Positions 36,160 through 46,508 of a DNA stretch of 64,000 bases are shown here, piece by piece. The position numbers and the translations under genes were made by a program. The stretch is taken from NCBI GenBank assembly GCA_004764695.1, contig SMSO01000014.1, forward strand, positions 1,731,648 to 1,795,647, written 5' to 3'. Positions within the stretch are counted from its first letter, which is position 1; every line of letters begins with the position of its first letter. Below the pieces are notes generated by a model that had not been told where the DNA came from, did not search any database, and worked only from the letters and a program-made list of their open reading frames with translations. This DNA comes from Schizochytrium sp. TIO01. Lineage: Eukaryota; Protista; Bigyra: Labyrinthulomycetes.

Positions 36160-39100
36160 TTAAAGCAACACATGTAGATTGCAGCAGTTGTTCATCCGTA
36201 GGACGAAGGATGATAGCTCTTAATGAGTCTTGAATTTCTGCAGGTAGGTTCAGCTTGCTTATTGTTTCCTCAATCAAAACCCCGCGCGCTAAACCTCCCA
36301 TCGTAACAATAGGCAAAAGCACACATAGGAGTTCCATCCGCAAAAGACCGCAACAAAACAAGCGAGCACTCAATGAAAGTAAGTCATTTGGATCTTCATC
36401 ATCAGTTTCCATCTCGCTGTTGCCGAAGACCTCGTCCTGCTCTTCAAATAAAACGAGTTCACTGGTGATCTGGTCTTGAAGCTTCATTTCAAGAGCATCA
36501 ATGCACACGTTTTCTTCATCGAGCGTTTCAGGCAACGAATGCAGCAATAGCTTTTGACAAAGTTTCTCGATTTGCTTATTCTGTGCATTGGTAGCATAAA
36601 TATTCAGAATAAATTTGCAAAGAGTGGGTGAAATTTGCACAGCTGTCAGCTGAGAGATGCAAAACAGGGTCCGCTCAAGTAGGTCGGGTGACTTGTTATA
36701 CATTGCTTGGTGGCTCATACGTAGTATACCTAAAATTTCGATCCATGAAGCGACAGCTTCATCTACTTCTGCGAAGCCCCGAACAAGGTAAAGTGGACCA
36801 CTTATTTTGGTGCGAAGTATGGCATACACAGAGAGGCAACGTTCCATCAAAGATGGCTTCCAAAGCATTTGCTGTTGATAGAGGCCCAGCGCGTTTAGTA
36901 AGAGGCATTGACACCATAAATGCAACAAATCTCCATCCGGTGCACAAATGGTCAAAAGCTCAACCATCGCAGAGACTACTTCAGAAAGTTCCTGTTTTGT
37001 ATATTCAAGTGGGCTTGCTTCAGCCAATACCAGCAGTCGTTCTGTTGATGGACCTGTGAGATGGGCAGGAAGTGTGACAGCAAGCATAGGATCTGCAGCA
37101 GCATCTCGAGAGTGTTTTCGAATAAGTCGCTCATGGATTAGGGCGTGCAATAACTGCGTTATACAAGCTGAGGCTGCCCCACGAGTATCACGGGTCGATG
37201 TTCGCGGGGTACGTTGGTTCAGGCCCACGATGGAGCAGAGACTAAAAGTAAGCATTTGAGGAAATGCCATAGCACAGAGTTTGCGGTTTCCTGTAGCACA
37301 TTGGTTAAGTGCTTGCAAGACGCAACGTTGACTTTGCAAAAGTGTCATCAAGTTTTGTTCGCGTTCTGGGTTGTGCGATAAATGTCCTATCGGGTCTGCA
37401 TTTTGAGTAAGAGCGAGTTGAATCCACTCCTGTAAAATGCGAGGCCGCTGCGACGATGGGGAGGAGGTTGGGCCTGCAAAAAGTCCGCGAACTACATCTG
37501 AAAGATTGACACGGTAGAGTACACCAAGAACTAGGTTGTTCAGAATGATATTAGGAGAGGCAGCAAAGACTTCAGGTGCAATAGCAGTCAGGAAAAAGGA
37601 GGCAATCTCGCGGTGCACTGGAAGTCCCTGAGGTGAGCTGCTTTCAAGAATATGTGCAAGAAGAAAGTCAACTACGGTTGTGGCATGGTTTTGACAAAGA
37701 GCACGCCAAAGTGGCAAAAGCATATCAAGTGCATCTCGCCCATCCCAAACCAAAACTTTCGTACTTCCCATGGCTCGCTTTTCGTTTTCCACAACCTTTA
37801 AGACGTCGAGAATAGCGGTCCAGATTTCCTCCAAGTTAAAGTAAGATTTTTGTGCACGACGCATATCTTTTTGTACACTCTGTCGCATTTGTAGTTCCAT
37901 GGTTCCATGAGCAGCCCTACGAGATCCATGTGAGTCATGAGGTACTTGTACACGAATATCATCGACCTCAGCCCCGCCCCGCTGTGAGCCTCGAGCACTA
38001 TTGCTTCGAGATTTACGTGTGCGGACAAGGTGAGGTGGGGTTTCTGGCACAAAGTCTGGGTCTTGTGGAGCAGTGAAGGTAGATGTAGTACCACAAACCC
38101 GGGTCGAAGGACTCTGAGCAAATGCAATGCACACCTGGATTGCGTGGCGCATTAGTTTGGCTTTATACAAAGCAGGTAGCCGCTGGCACAGGTGGCTTAG
38201 GAGGCTTGCGCCAATACCTGAGCAACGGTCTGCTAGGATAATCGAGGCTTGTTCTGCTGCTTGTTCAATCGTTTTGGAATCCGACGCCCAAGTTTGCTGC
38301 CCTAAAGTACTAGCACTATGTAGCTCATATGGGAGAGCGCTACCACGTGCATTTCCAGTTTCAAGCCTGGCCCAAGAATCAGAGCGCTCAACAACATCAA
38401 GGATACCGAACGCTCTTGACCGGAAGCCGGGTCGTTCGTGGCTTGAGGCAAGCACCAGGGCAGCAAATGCCAGCAATGTGATTGCACTTGGCTCCAGCGG
38501 TCGGACCATAGCATGCTCCGAACCACGGAAAAGCCAGGCATTGATCGCATCTGAAAATGCAGCAAAAATTGCGTCAGCATGACTTTGACCAAGCGACTGT
38601 TTCTGAATTTCCTCAAACCATCTTTCAATGTAAGGGCCAAATGTGCCTCCTCCGGCAGCTTCGACGTCCCCAACATGCCAATGAGCCACCAGATAGTTTC
38701 TCAGCAATGGTGCTATTAGCTTCAACGATTTCGTGCACTCTTCGTCATAATAGAACCAAGCCCACAGCATTTCATCAGGTCGTGGTGCCACAGTTCCCAG
38801 AGATGTCGGGCCTAAGCAAAGCATTTGCGCGCCGACCTGGGTGGCAAGCTCGCGAATCATACGAAAGTTGGCTTCTGAAATAGGCTGCCGATCACCTTGA
38901 GCAAAGCTCCTCCCCGAAACATTCACGTCTGTCGCTCCAGAGCGGTTATGAGAGTTTGAAGTAGGAGTAGAACCATCAAGGCTGGTACGCGGAGGATTAG
39001 AGACTGACTGTACAGCGAAGATTTTGACGTCATCAAAGCCAACAATCGATTGCATAAGTTTCCAAATGCGCCGTCGCTCTGCACGCAACCACACTTGGTC

Positions 39101-42100
39101 AGCTCGTTGCACCACCTGAGGCATCTCAATTTCAGAAGGGAAACTTGATCGAAGAGTTTTTGCGCTCTGCAGTGCAAGTTTGACAAACTCCTGAGTCACA
39201 GTCCATTCTGAAGAGCGAAGACGCTCAGATTGTGCAACATGAGACATGTAATCAAAAACCATTCGCAAGGCTTGTTCCCAGCCAGGAAGTTGCGCATGAC
39301 GAGTTGCACTTGTAAGCAGAATCCGCAATGAAGAGCAGCATACTTGCTCAACCGTACCAGGGTCACCGTCAATGTGCTGAGGTGTGGAATTATCATTCGC
39401 TCGATTTCGCCTAAATTTTCCAAACTTGGGTCTTTCTTCATTAACTGTGGCTCGCGCAAGCCCTGAGCCAGTTGTCAAGCGTGTCTGTCGCCAAGACAAA
39501 CATAGTGATATAGCACGAGAAACGCACTTGGGATGAAAGCTCCGTCCTATAATATCGATGACGATACGCCGCAAAGCAATTTGTTCCTGGGAAGTGGGAC
39601 GAATTCGGATGGCTGCGTCCCACAAATCATGAAGAAGATTTTCAGTATCATTCTCCATTTCTCCGGGCCAATCAACAGAGTCTGGCTCGATTTTCAGTGG
39701 GGATCTATCCAATTCCTTACTTGTTCCGCTGAGCCCGAGCACGGTTGCCACAGCAGATTTACGTAAGACGGCTTCAAAGAACCAAATCTGATCATGATCA
39801 ATATGAAATGCTGAAAGTTTGTTGAGCCACTCCAGCAGGATTACAGTGGATTGATGAAGAAGTTCATAAAGATCGGGAAATTCAACCAGCTCTCTAGTAA
39901 TCTTAACAAGCTCATCTGCCCACTGGTCAGACCGCCCAGAACCACATCGAGGATCAAGTCCATCAACAGGCACACCAGTGGCACGGTACCACATGAACAA
40001 TTCATCCCGACTTACCAAGGGTGCTTCCTTCAGAGCGATGTAATCGTACGCCCCTTCAAGTGGAGCAGTGCTTCCTTTGAAAAGCGTATCAAGTGGGACC
40101 GCTCCACGTAAGACAGGAATACGAGGGGCGGCCCCTTCTCCCATGCTACCATGGCTATAGGTAGAAGCAGTAGATAGCGTTGGAATGATTTGATTTCCAC
40201 CAAGAGCAGGCATTGTCTGGGATCCAGTCTGAGGAAGCTGATTGGAGTGAATATGGTGACGCAGGCTATCTGCAGATAAAGGGCTACCCCTGGTATTTCC
40301 ATCAGCAGTGGCGCTTCGTTCATGGTGGTGATGAGGCTGCAAGTGTTGTTGATGCAATGTCGGGTGAGCCAGGGACTGTCCATTCATCGGTGAAGATGTA
40401 GATGCGGTGGGTGAACTGCGGTGGTTTACTTTAAGAGGCTGAGCGTCATCAGCGGTACGACGACGATGCAATTCTGTATCTGATGACACGGCTGCACAAC
40501 CGCATGATGCTTTTAAAGCACATTGGAAGGAGAATGGTTCATGTTTGCAGAATACTCGAGTGAGGCGTTTACACGCAGTTTTGAATTGCGGCCATAACTG
40601 TTGAATAGATTCAATAACTTCTTGAGCATGCATTCGGACACTTGTGCAAGGAAAGCACATGAGAGCAATGCTGAGAGTAAGTAAAGGCTCCCCTCCAACA
40701 TCAAGAAGTTCTGGCATTTTGTTCAGCTCTTCGTTGGTTTTGCAAGAGCGGAGATGCAGCCAAAGGCGCAAAAGTAACGTGAGTTGGCGAAGGTATGTCA
40801 GTACAACACGCGTACAGGTTGGTGCACGGCGTACAGAGCCTCGAATTTCCCGTGCAAGTTTTAGAAGGACACGAATGCGAATGTTGTCATCCGGTGCAGT
40901 ACCTACAATTCTCTGCAATGCATGCGACATAGCAGTTGCAATAAACCAATCTGCGTGTAGAAGTAGAGTCACGTCAGGCAGCGGTGCTTCGCCAGACGAA
41001 GGGCGCCCCTGAACTGGTGAGCATGACAACAAAGGAAAAATATAAATGAGCTCACGGAACACATCGAGCGCAGGATTTGATCGTTTTTTGAAAAAAGCAG
41101 ATCGAAGTCTCATTGTTTGAGCAATCTGCAATTCTGCGCCATACTTGTCGGTAAGGTTCCGCGCTCGAAAGGCAACTTCATTGCCGCCTTCAAACACATC
41201 AGAAGTGTTGAGAAGATGTTGAAGCTCTAGTACCAGTCCATTGGACGTAAATATATAAGTATCGAAAGATTGGCTTTTAGTAGGGTCTGCCCAAGCAAAT
41301 GGGTAGCCACGGTGGTCACCCATTGGATCATGCAAACTTTGAGTGTCGTCGCCAGAACTGCTGAAACCCATACAGCCATCCCACAACAAGGTAGGGACTA
41401 AAGGGTATTCTGACTGCCCCATTGCTTCGAGACCTAAGGCATGTTGCAAAGAGGACATCATACCTGTGATTGTGCGCACCGAAGCTTTTAATATGTCTTT
41501 GAGAGCTGCAAGATTGGGATCTATCTGGCCATGGTGAAGACAAAATGCAGTCTCCCGGAAGACACTGGTCCCTGGGCCAAGAATGTCCCACAAAGCACGA
41601 ATACCCACGGTTGCGCGATTTGCGGCTGAAGATGAGCAACGCGCCAAGTCGTCAGGAAGTTGTAATAGAGAAGGAAAAGCCTTATCACGGAAAATAGTGA
41701 GATCATGAGCTGCAAGCTGAAGAAGGATGTGTTTGCAAACGACGAGATTCTTCGGCAAAGCTGGCATGCTGTGCTGTTGAGCATGAGATATTGAAGGGGC
41801 CTTACTGAAGGATGATGTTGAGCCATAAGATGCAACTGAAACCACAGAGCTTTGGCTGGTACGGTTTCCGCTCATGAAAAGTGACCCCACATTACCTGTG
41901 TCTACCTCAATGGTATTAACAGGAGATGACGAAGTGTTTACTGTTGGGGGTGCACTATTTGCGAGATTATAAGAAGATGAGCCACTGAGAGAAGTAAGTG
42001 CCTTTGATTTTGAGCGCTCAAACACCTCCATATAAATTGATTCAAGAGCACGGCGGTTTAAAGTTGTTACATATGTAAAAGCACTATGCGACATACGAAA

Positions 42101-43399
42101 CCGTGTTTGCATAGGCACATAGTTCTCAAAAGCATCAAAGCCAGTTGCAGGGCGCGCAAAGCGATGGTTACGTAAAGATCGTAGAATAATCTCCAACGAA
42201 TGTGTCACCTTTCGTGGTTCCGAGAGGTGTCGCAAAACTCTTTTGGAGAAAAATGATGCATAATTTGACTCATGAAAGTCGCGAGGCGCATGAATCAAAA
42301 TCGTGAGCATTAAGGAAAGAGCCGCGGCCTTCAACTCTTCAATTTTAGCCAATTGTTCTGCAAGTTTAAAGAGACGATTTGCAACCACGTCATTAAAGAC
42401 AGATTTCCAGTTTGCATCTCGCTCAAGGAGAGGCTGGAAATTAATACGTTCCAAAATAGGTTCGAAAGCAAGAAGCATGACGAGACGCGACGCTTTCTCT
42501 GTTTTTGGTTGTGCCAACTGGTCCACAAGTAGAGCAAGTACCTCTCGAGCTACTTTTGAATTAGTGAGGGTCAAATCGACAAATTGCCATACTAGAAATG
42601 ATGGTCGCAAATTAAAAATGTGGGTGATTAGACTTGGTTTCCCTTTCACCGCAAGACCAATCAGACTTGCCCATGAAACTTGAGCTTGAGCAATTATACG
42701 ACTCATAATATCTCGTGGAACTTGCTCTCGGCCAGAGCCAGCTGGTGGCTTAAGCGAGCAGTGCGCTAAGGCAAGCTCCTCAAGTTTAGTCCAATCCCGA
42801 CTCATTGCTGCTTCATTGCCACCAGCAGCATCATAGCGTAACAAATGATTCAAAACGTCACCAGCACATCTTGACCATAGCACTTCTACTAAACGGTTGT
42901 TTCTCACTGAAATACCTGGAAATTTGTCTTGGGCAGAAAATGGCAACTCTGCCCATGCGAGAACTGCAGCGAGTAAGCCTTCGAACATTGGCCGAGGAAG
43001 GGCAAGCCAAGAACGCAGGCTTGAAACAAAGAAAGGGCATTTGCGAGGATAGTCTTCCCAAAGTGTCTGCATTAAGAATGAGTCCGGATGACCAGTAGAC
43101 ATATCTGGCATTCCACCAGAACTGTCATCAGAGGCATTGATAGAATCTAATTGTGCAATCTTCTGCTCGATACCCACAGCAAGATTTACTACGAAATCTT
43201 CAAGAAAAAACCACCCTTCGATTGCATTTACACTACTCTGACCACCTGACACATGGCGGGTTGAATCAGAATTTGTTGGTGTTGAAGCTCCAGAAGAAAG
43301 ACCTGGAAACGTTGCGAATCCTGTCGGCGTCGCCGGCTCCGAGCCTAGCGATTTCCGCGGGAGAGAGCCCCCTGTGCTAACGCTCTGTGAGTGCGACAT
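35963..43399 (-). CDS. Furry/Tao3/Mor2-like large helical scaffold (main ORF; probably continues in the +1 frame to 34756)
   Basis: Ordered blocks resembling the Furry N-terminal region: LSLMLTILIHAPRDF...SLEIILRSL, LVVCKHILLQLAAHDL, NRATVGIRALWDI, PALDVFRELIYIFPLL, LHADWFIATAMSHALQRIV, LRQLTLLLRLW, LMCFPCTSVRMHAQEVI. Track start 43426 is TTG; first ATG 43399. Confidence 0.65.
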   Translation of the reverse strand: MSHSQSVSTGGSLPRKSLGSEPATPTGFATFPGLSSGASTPTNSDSTRHVSGGQSSVNAIEGWFFLEDFVVNLAVGIEQKIAQLDSINASDDSSGGMPDMSTGHPDSFLMQTLWEDYPRKCPFFVSSLRSWLALPRPMFEGLLAAVLAWAELPFSAQDKFPGISVRNNRLVEVLWSRCAGDVLNHLLRYDAAGGNEAAMSRDWTKLEELALAHCSLKPPAGSGREQVPRDIMSRIIAQAQVSWASLIGLAVKGKPSLITHIFNLRPSFLVWQFVDLTLTNSKVAREVLALLVDQLAQPKTEKASRLVMLLAFEPILERINFQPLLERDANWKSVFNDVVANRLFKLAEQLAKIEELKAAALSLMLTILIHAPRDFHESNYASFFSKRVLRHLSEPRKVTHSLEIILRSLRNHRFARPATGFDAFENYVPMQTRFRMSHSAFTYVTTLNRRALESIYMEVFERSKSKALTSLSGSSSYNLANSAPPTVNTSSSPVNTIEVDTGNVGSLFMSGNRTSQSSVVSVASYGSTSSFSKAPSISHAQQHSMPALPKNLVVCKHILLQLAAHDLTIFRDKAFPSLLQLPDDLARCSSSAANRATVGIRALWDILGPGTSVFRETAFCLHHGQIDPNLAALKDILKASVRTITGMMSSLQHALGLEAMGQSEYPLVPTLLWDGCMGFSSSGDDTQSLHDPMGDHRGYPFAWADPTKSQSFDTYIFTSNGLVLELQHLLNTSDVFEGGNEVAFRARNLTDKYGAELQIAQTMRLRSAFFKKRSNPALDVFRELIYIFPLLSCSPVQGRPSSGEAPLPDVTLLLHADWFIATAMSHALQRIVGTAPDDNIRIRVLLKLAREIRGSVRRAPTCTRVVLTYLRQLTLLLRLWLHLRSCKTNEELNKMPELLDVGGEPLLTLSIALMCFPCTSVRMHAQEVIESIQQLWPQFKTACKRLTRVFCKHEPFSFQCALKASCGCAAVSSDTELHRRRTADDAQPLKVNHRSSPTASTSSPMNGQSLAHPTLHQQHLQPHHHHERSATADGNTRGSPLSADSLRHHIHSNQLPQTGSQTMPALGGNQIIPTLSTASTYSHGSMGEGAAPRIPVLRGAVPLDTLFKGSTAPLEGAYDYIALKEAPLVSRDELFMWYRATGVPVDGLDPRCGSGRSDQWADELVKITRELVEFPDLYELLHQSTVILLEWLNKLSAFHIDHDQIWFFEAVLRKSAVATVLGLSGTSKELDRSPLKIEPDSVDWPGEMENDTENLLHDLWDAAIRIRPTSQEQIALRRIVIDIIGRSFHPKCVSRAISLCLSWRQTRLTTGSGLARATVNEERPKFGKFRRNRANDNSTPQHIDGDPGTVEQVCCSSLRILLTSATRHAQLPGWEQALRMVFDYMSHVAQSERLRSSEWTVTQEFVKLALQSAKTLRSSFPSEIEMPQVVQRADQVWLRAERRRIWKLMQSIVGFDDVKIFAVQSVSNPPRTSLDGSTPTSNSHNRSGATDVNVSGRSFAQGDRQPISEANFRMIRELATQVGAQMLCLGPTSLGTVAPRPDEMLWAWFYYDEECTKSLKLIAPLLRNYLVAHWHVGDVEAAGGGTFGPYIERWFEEIQKQSLGQSHADAIFAAFSDAINAWLFRGSEHAMVRPLEPSAITLLAFAALVLASSHERPGFRSRAFGILDVVERSDSWARLETGNARGSALPYELHSASTLGQQTWASDSKTIEQAAEQASIILADRCSGIGASLLSHLCQRLPALYKAKLMRHAIQVCIAFAQSPSTRVCGTTSTFTAPQDPDFVPETPPHLVRTRKSRSNSARGSQRGGAEVDDIRVQVPHDSHGSRRAAHGTMELQMRQSVQKDMRRAQKSYFNLEEIWTAILDVLKVVENEKRAMGSTKVLVWDGRDALDMLLPLWRALCQNHATTVVDFLLAHILESSSPQGLPVHREIASFFLTAIAPEVFAASPNIILNNLVLGVLYRVNLSDVVRGLFAGPTSSPSSQRPRILQEWIQLALTQNADPIGHLSHNPEREQNLMTLLQSQRCVLQALNQCATGNRKLCAMAFPQMLTFSLCSIVGLNQRTPRTSTRDTRGAASACITQLLHALIHERLIRKHSRDAAADPMLAVTLPAHLTGPSTERLLVLAEASPLEYTKQELSEVVSAMVELLTICAPDGDLLHLWCQCLLLNALGLYQQQMLWKPSLMERCLSVYAILRTKISGPLYLVRGFAEVDEAVASWIEILGILRMSHQAMYNKSPDLLERTLFCISQLTAVQISPTLCKFILNIYATNAQNKQIEKLCQKLLLHSLPETLDEENVCIDALEMKLQDQITSELVLFEEQDEVFGNSEMETDDEDPNDLLSLSARLFCCGLLRMELLCVLLPIVTMGGLARGVLIEETISKLNLPAEIQDSLRAIILRPTDEQLLQSTCVALMDYKGAELFRVRLHYGLPPPNQTHNVHFPLRYIPNSSVTNRDLYATHSTRNIRFASTSDTNGHSS

Positions 43400-45299
43400 A
43401 AGACCTACTCCGGCACCAGAAAACAAGCTGTCTGCGCGGAGCAGGATTTACTTTCCCTCAGACAGCACACCTGTGACGGCACAACTCGAGTAAACAATCC
43501 ACCTCAGACGAAGAATTCGTTAAAGCTATCGAAATCGGATTTTCAAGGTTCCCAAACCTCAATTACAAGCTTCAACCACACTCCCAAGACAACGTATTAT
43601 ATTACCAAGTCTTCGCACCCCTTCAAGATAACTTCTCTCTGCCCACGTTGAGGTAAAAGTCACGCAACAATCTGACCTTAGTCACACAAAACAGGCTTTC
43701 TCGCACGCGAGACTTCCCGAGAAAGAAACTATCAGATAATAAAAATAACCGTGAAAACAGGTGTCTCCAGATCCTCAATCGGGCCACGAAACTGAAGCCG
43801 TGGAACCGGAGCCCCTAGATCCCTCAGCTTGTTTCACCGTCCAAAAGTAATTCAAGTTTGCGTGCCAATTACTTCGATTGATCCAGCGATAATCGATCGT
43901 CCAACGAATTGATCTAGTTAACTGCTTGCTATTTTCAGCACTACCTACGCAGCAATGAATCAATGAATCAATGAACCAATCTCTCTGGAACCAGTGCAAT
44001 CCAGCCTTGACGTTCCGCAGGCAACCAACCGGCGTTCTCTGCAACACCACAACCTCAATACAAAACAGCCAAATCGCGAAGAGTCACCAGAAGCAATCAC
44101 GCCGCCAAGGAGGAATGCCACCTAGATTTATCTACTCAACAAGAAGAAAGCACTGATGCCCTTACCGTATAAACCAAAGTCTATACTCTACTTTCGCCTT
44201 AATAACCCCACTATACCGTACAGTACAGTATAGCACGCGACACTATGCGTTATAGGGTAGAATGTAGAGTATTCCTCGGCCTACGCTCCTGTAAGAAACT
44301 CTTAGCTATTTAGCGAGCGAGCGATTGAAGCGGACGACACAGCGGGGCTCGCTTTTGCCCAGGCAGGCAGGCGAAGCGAGCTGTCTCCGTACGGCGGCTG
44401 ATGGACAGCCGGTCCGACTACGGTACCCAAGTTTAGTGAGAGCGCCCCGCACTGCCTCCGCTGCTGCCACGCCGCCAGAGCCGCAGCGGCCGGCAAGGGA
44501 CCTGCGAAGTCGAAACTCCGACTGTGATTTGTTTGCTTGCTTTCGCTCCTTTCTCTTTTCTCTTAATTCTCGTTTACTTTTTTTTCAAACAGAATTAATT
44601 AATTAATCATTCAATCAATTATGATTCATTCATTCATTCATTCATTTACTTACAGAACAAAAGAAGGTAGGTCTCTCTCTACCTAGGGTCCTCCTACGCA
44701 CTGCTAACACTACCGCTATCACTAGGAGCTGCCCTACGATGGTAGCATACAAACATACATACATTTATTTATATATATCTTTAGTACAGCGGTGGACTGG
44801 AAAAACAGAAACCATCGTCATCATCACCAAAGTAGAACTTAATCTTGATGATAGTGCGGCCTCGCGCTGGGGGAACGACCAAGACCGACATCCAGTCCTT
44901 TCCACAACTCCAGGGTCCTCTGGAGCGTGGTACTTCAGAGGTTTCTGACGGGATCCCTACGTGCGAGGCGAAGATCTGGGGTGTCTTGATTGTTCTTATT
45001 TTTACTCCAGCTTCTCATAAATCTCACCTTTCACGGCTGCTATATAAATAAATGCTAGTAATGTATATCTACTTATAAGTTATGGGCTGGCTGCCGCCAA
45101 GGTGGGACCAGCTTTGGTCCTTATTTTAAGGACCCCACATTGAGGTCGCGTTTCCCGTAGTTCTTCCATAGAGTAAAATAAGGTCGGTTTCTAAACGGCT
45201 ATATGATAACGAGAAAAGCAGGGATGATGATCATATGATGATGCCCTTGCTCTTGTCAACCTTGGTTTGTCTCGTTTGTTTTCTTGGATTCTTTGCAGC

Positions 45300-45500
45300 C
45301 TGGGCTGCCAGTTGCGATGGTTTTTATAGGATGGCATTTATGTGGTTTATTGGAGTAGGTTTTTATGTGATTGCATTTGATTCTTTCTTGGGGCGTGGGT
45401 GGAGTATAGATAGCTATTATGACCTGTCTGGGTCTTTACTTGCGGTTATCTTCCATCTGGAAGGAATCTGTAGTATCTGATTATGATGATATGATGCTTC
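45300..45500 (-). mobile_element. Possible non-LTR retrotransposon APE-endonuclease remnant
   Basis: Minus strand gives ...PDGR* then, in another frame, QVIIAIYTPPTPQER (IIAIYTPPTP = 45391-45420), like the APE 'IYAP' motif; no reverse transcriptase motif seen. Confidence 0.25.
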
Positions 45501-46508
45501 GCTTTGATTGCTGATATCTGGGCAACTTTGGGGAAACATTGCAAGTCTGGGCTCATCAGCCACGGGGAACTTGGAGGGTGAATATAGAAAACTGACCCGT
45601 GGGACCGCGGCTACTGGCGAAGCCGTGCACTCAAGAATCTAATATCTTCAGCAAACAGACATATTTCATTAAACGGAAGTGTTTTCACACGTCATCCTAT
45701 TTTTTAAAGAATATCAGAATCGGTGAGAGCACCTGTGTCGAAGGGGCCTAAACAGGATAATACAAATAACGATTCCTCGATCTGTATGGTCGTGCAAAAG
45801 AAGCTTCTCGTGCGGAAATAGCGGTGGCGATAAAAATTCACCTCCAAACAAGCCATCATTGTCAAAGCTTACAGGGGTTACTTTTTTTCTTTTCGTTGCC
45901 ATTTTTTAATTTTTGCTTAGTAGCTGCCTAGTAGTAGTTAGTGCATTTCTAAAAACAGTGTGCGAGCGGGTAAGAGTTTGGGGTGTTATGGAGTGTCACC
46001 GGCAATGAAAATGGCCCATCAAACACCTTCTGCAAGAACGTTGCACTCCCCTTGCGCGACTGAGGTCTTTGCCAAAGTCGCGGTCAGGAGGCAGCCACAC
46101 AGCTTTTCTGTTACTGAGGCTGCTGTTGCAACGGAAGGCGAGAAGCTCTAGCTGCGACCCCAGGTTTTGCCTTGTGGTGGCGTTATAGCTGCAACGCGAA
46201 CTAACCTACAAGAGACCAGGCGTGCTGAGACAAGAAAGACGACACAAGAAAACAGACAAAGTGAAGAAATTTGTGGAACAGAGCACCAACAAGCTAATCC
46301 TTTGCTTCTTTTTGGCGAGTTGAGGTTAATAAGTATTGCAGAGTTGCATCTGCAGATAAAAATTGCTTGCATCGAAAGGTGGCGGAGGTGAGACACCATA
46401 CTGGTCAAGACTGGAAAAGGAAACAACAGGTGTTGGATGTTGAACGCGGTGGTTTACCAGTGACAATTAGACTCACGAGGCTTCACAGAGGATAAAATCA
46501 AAACATAA

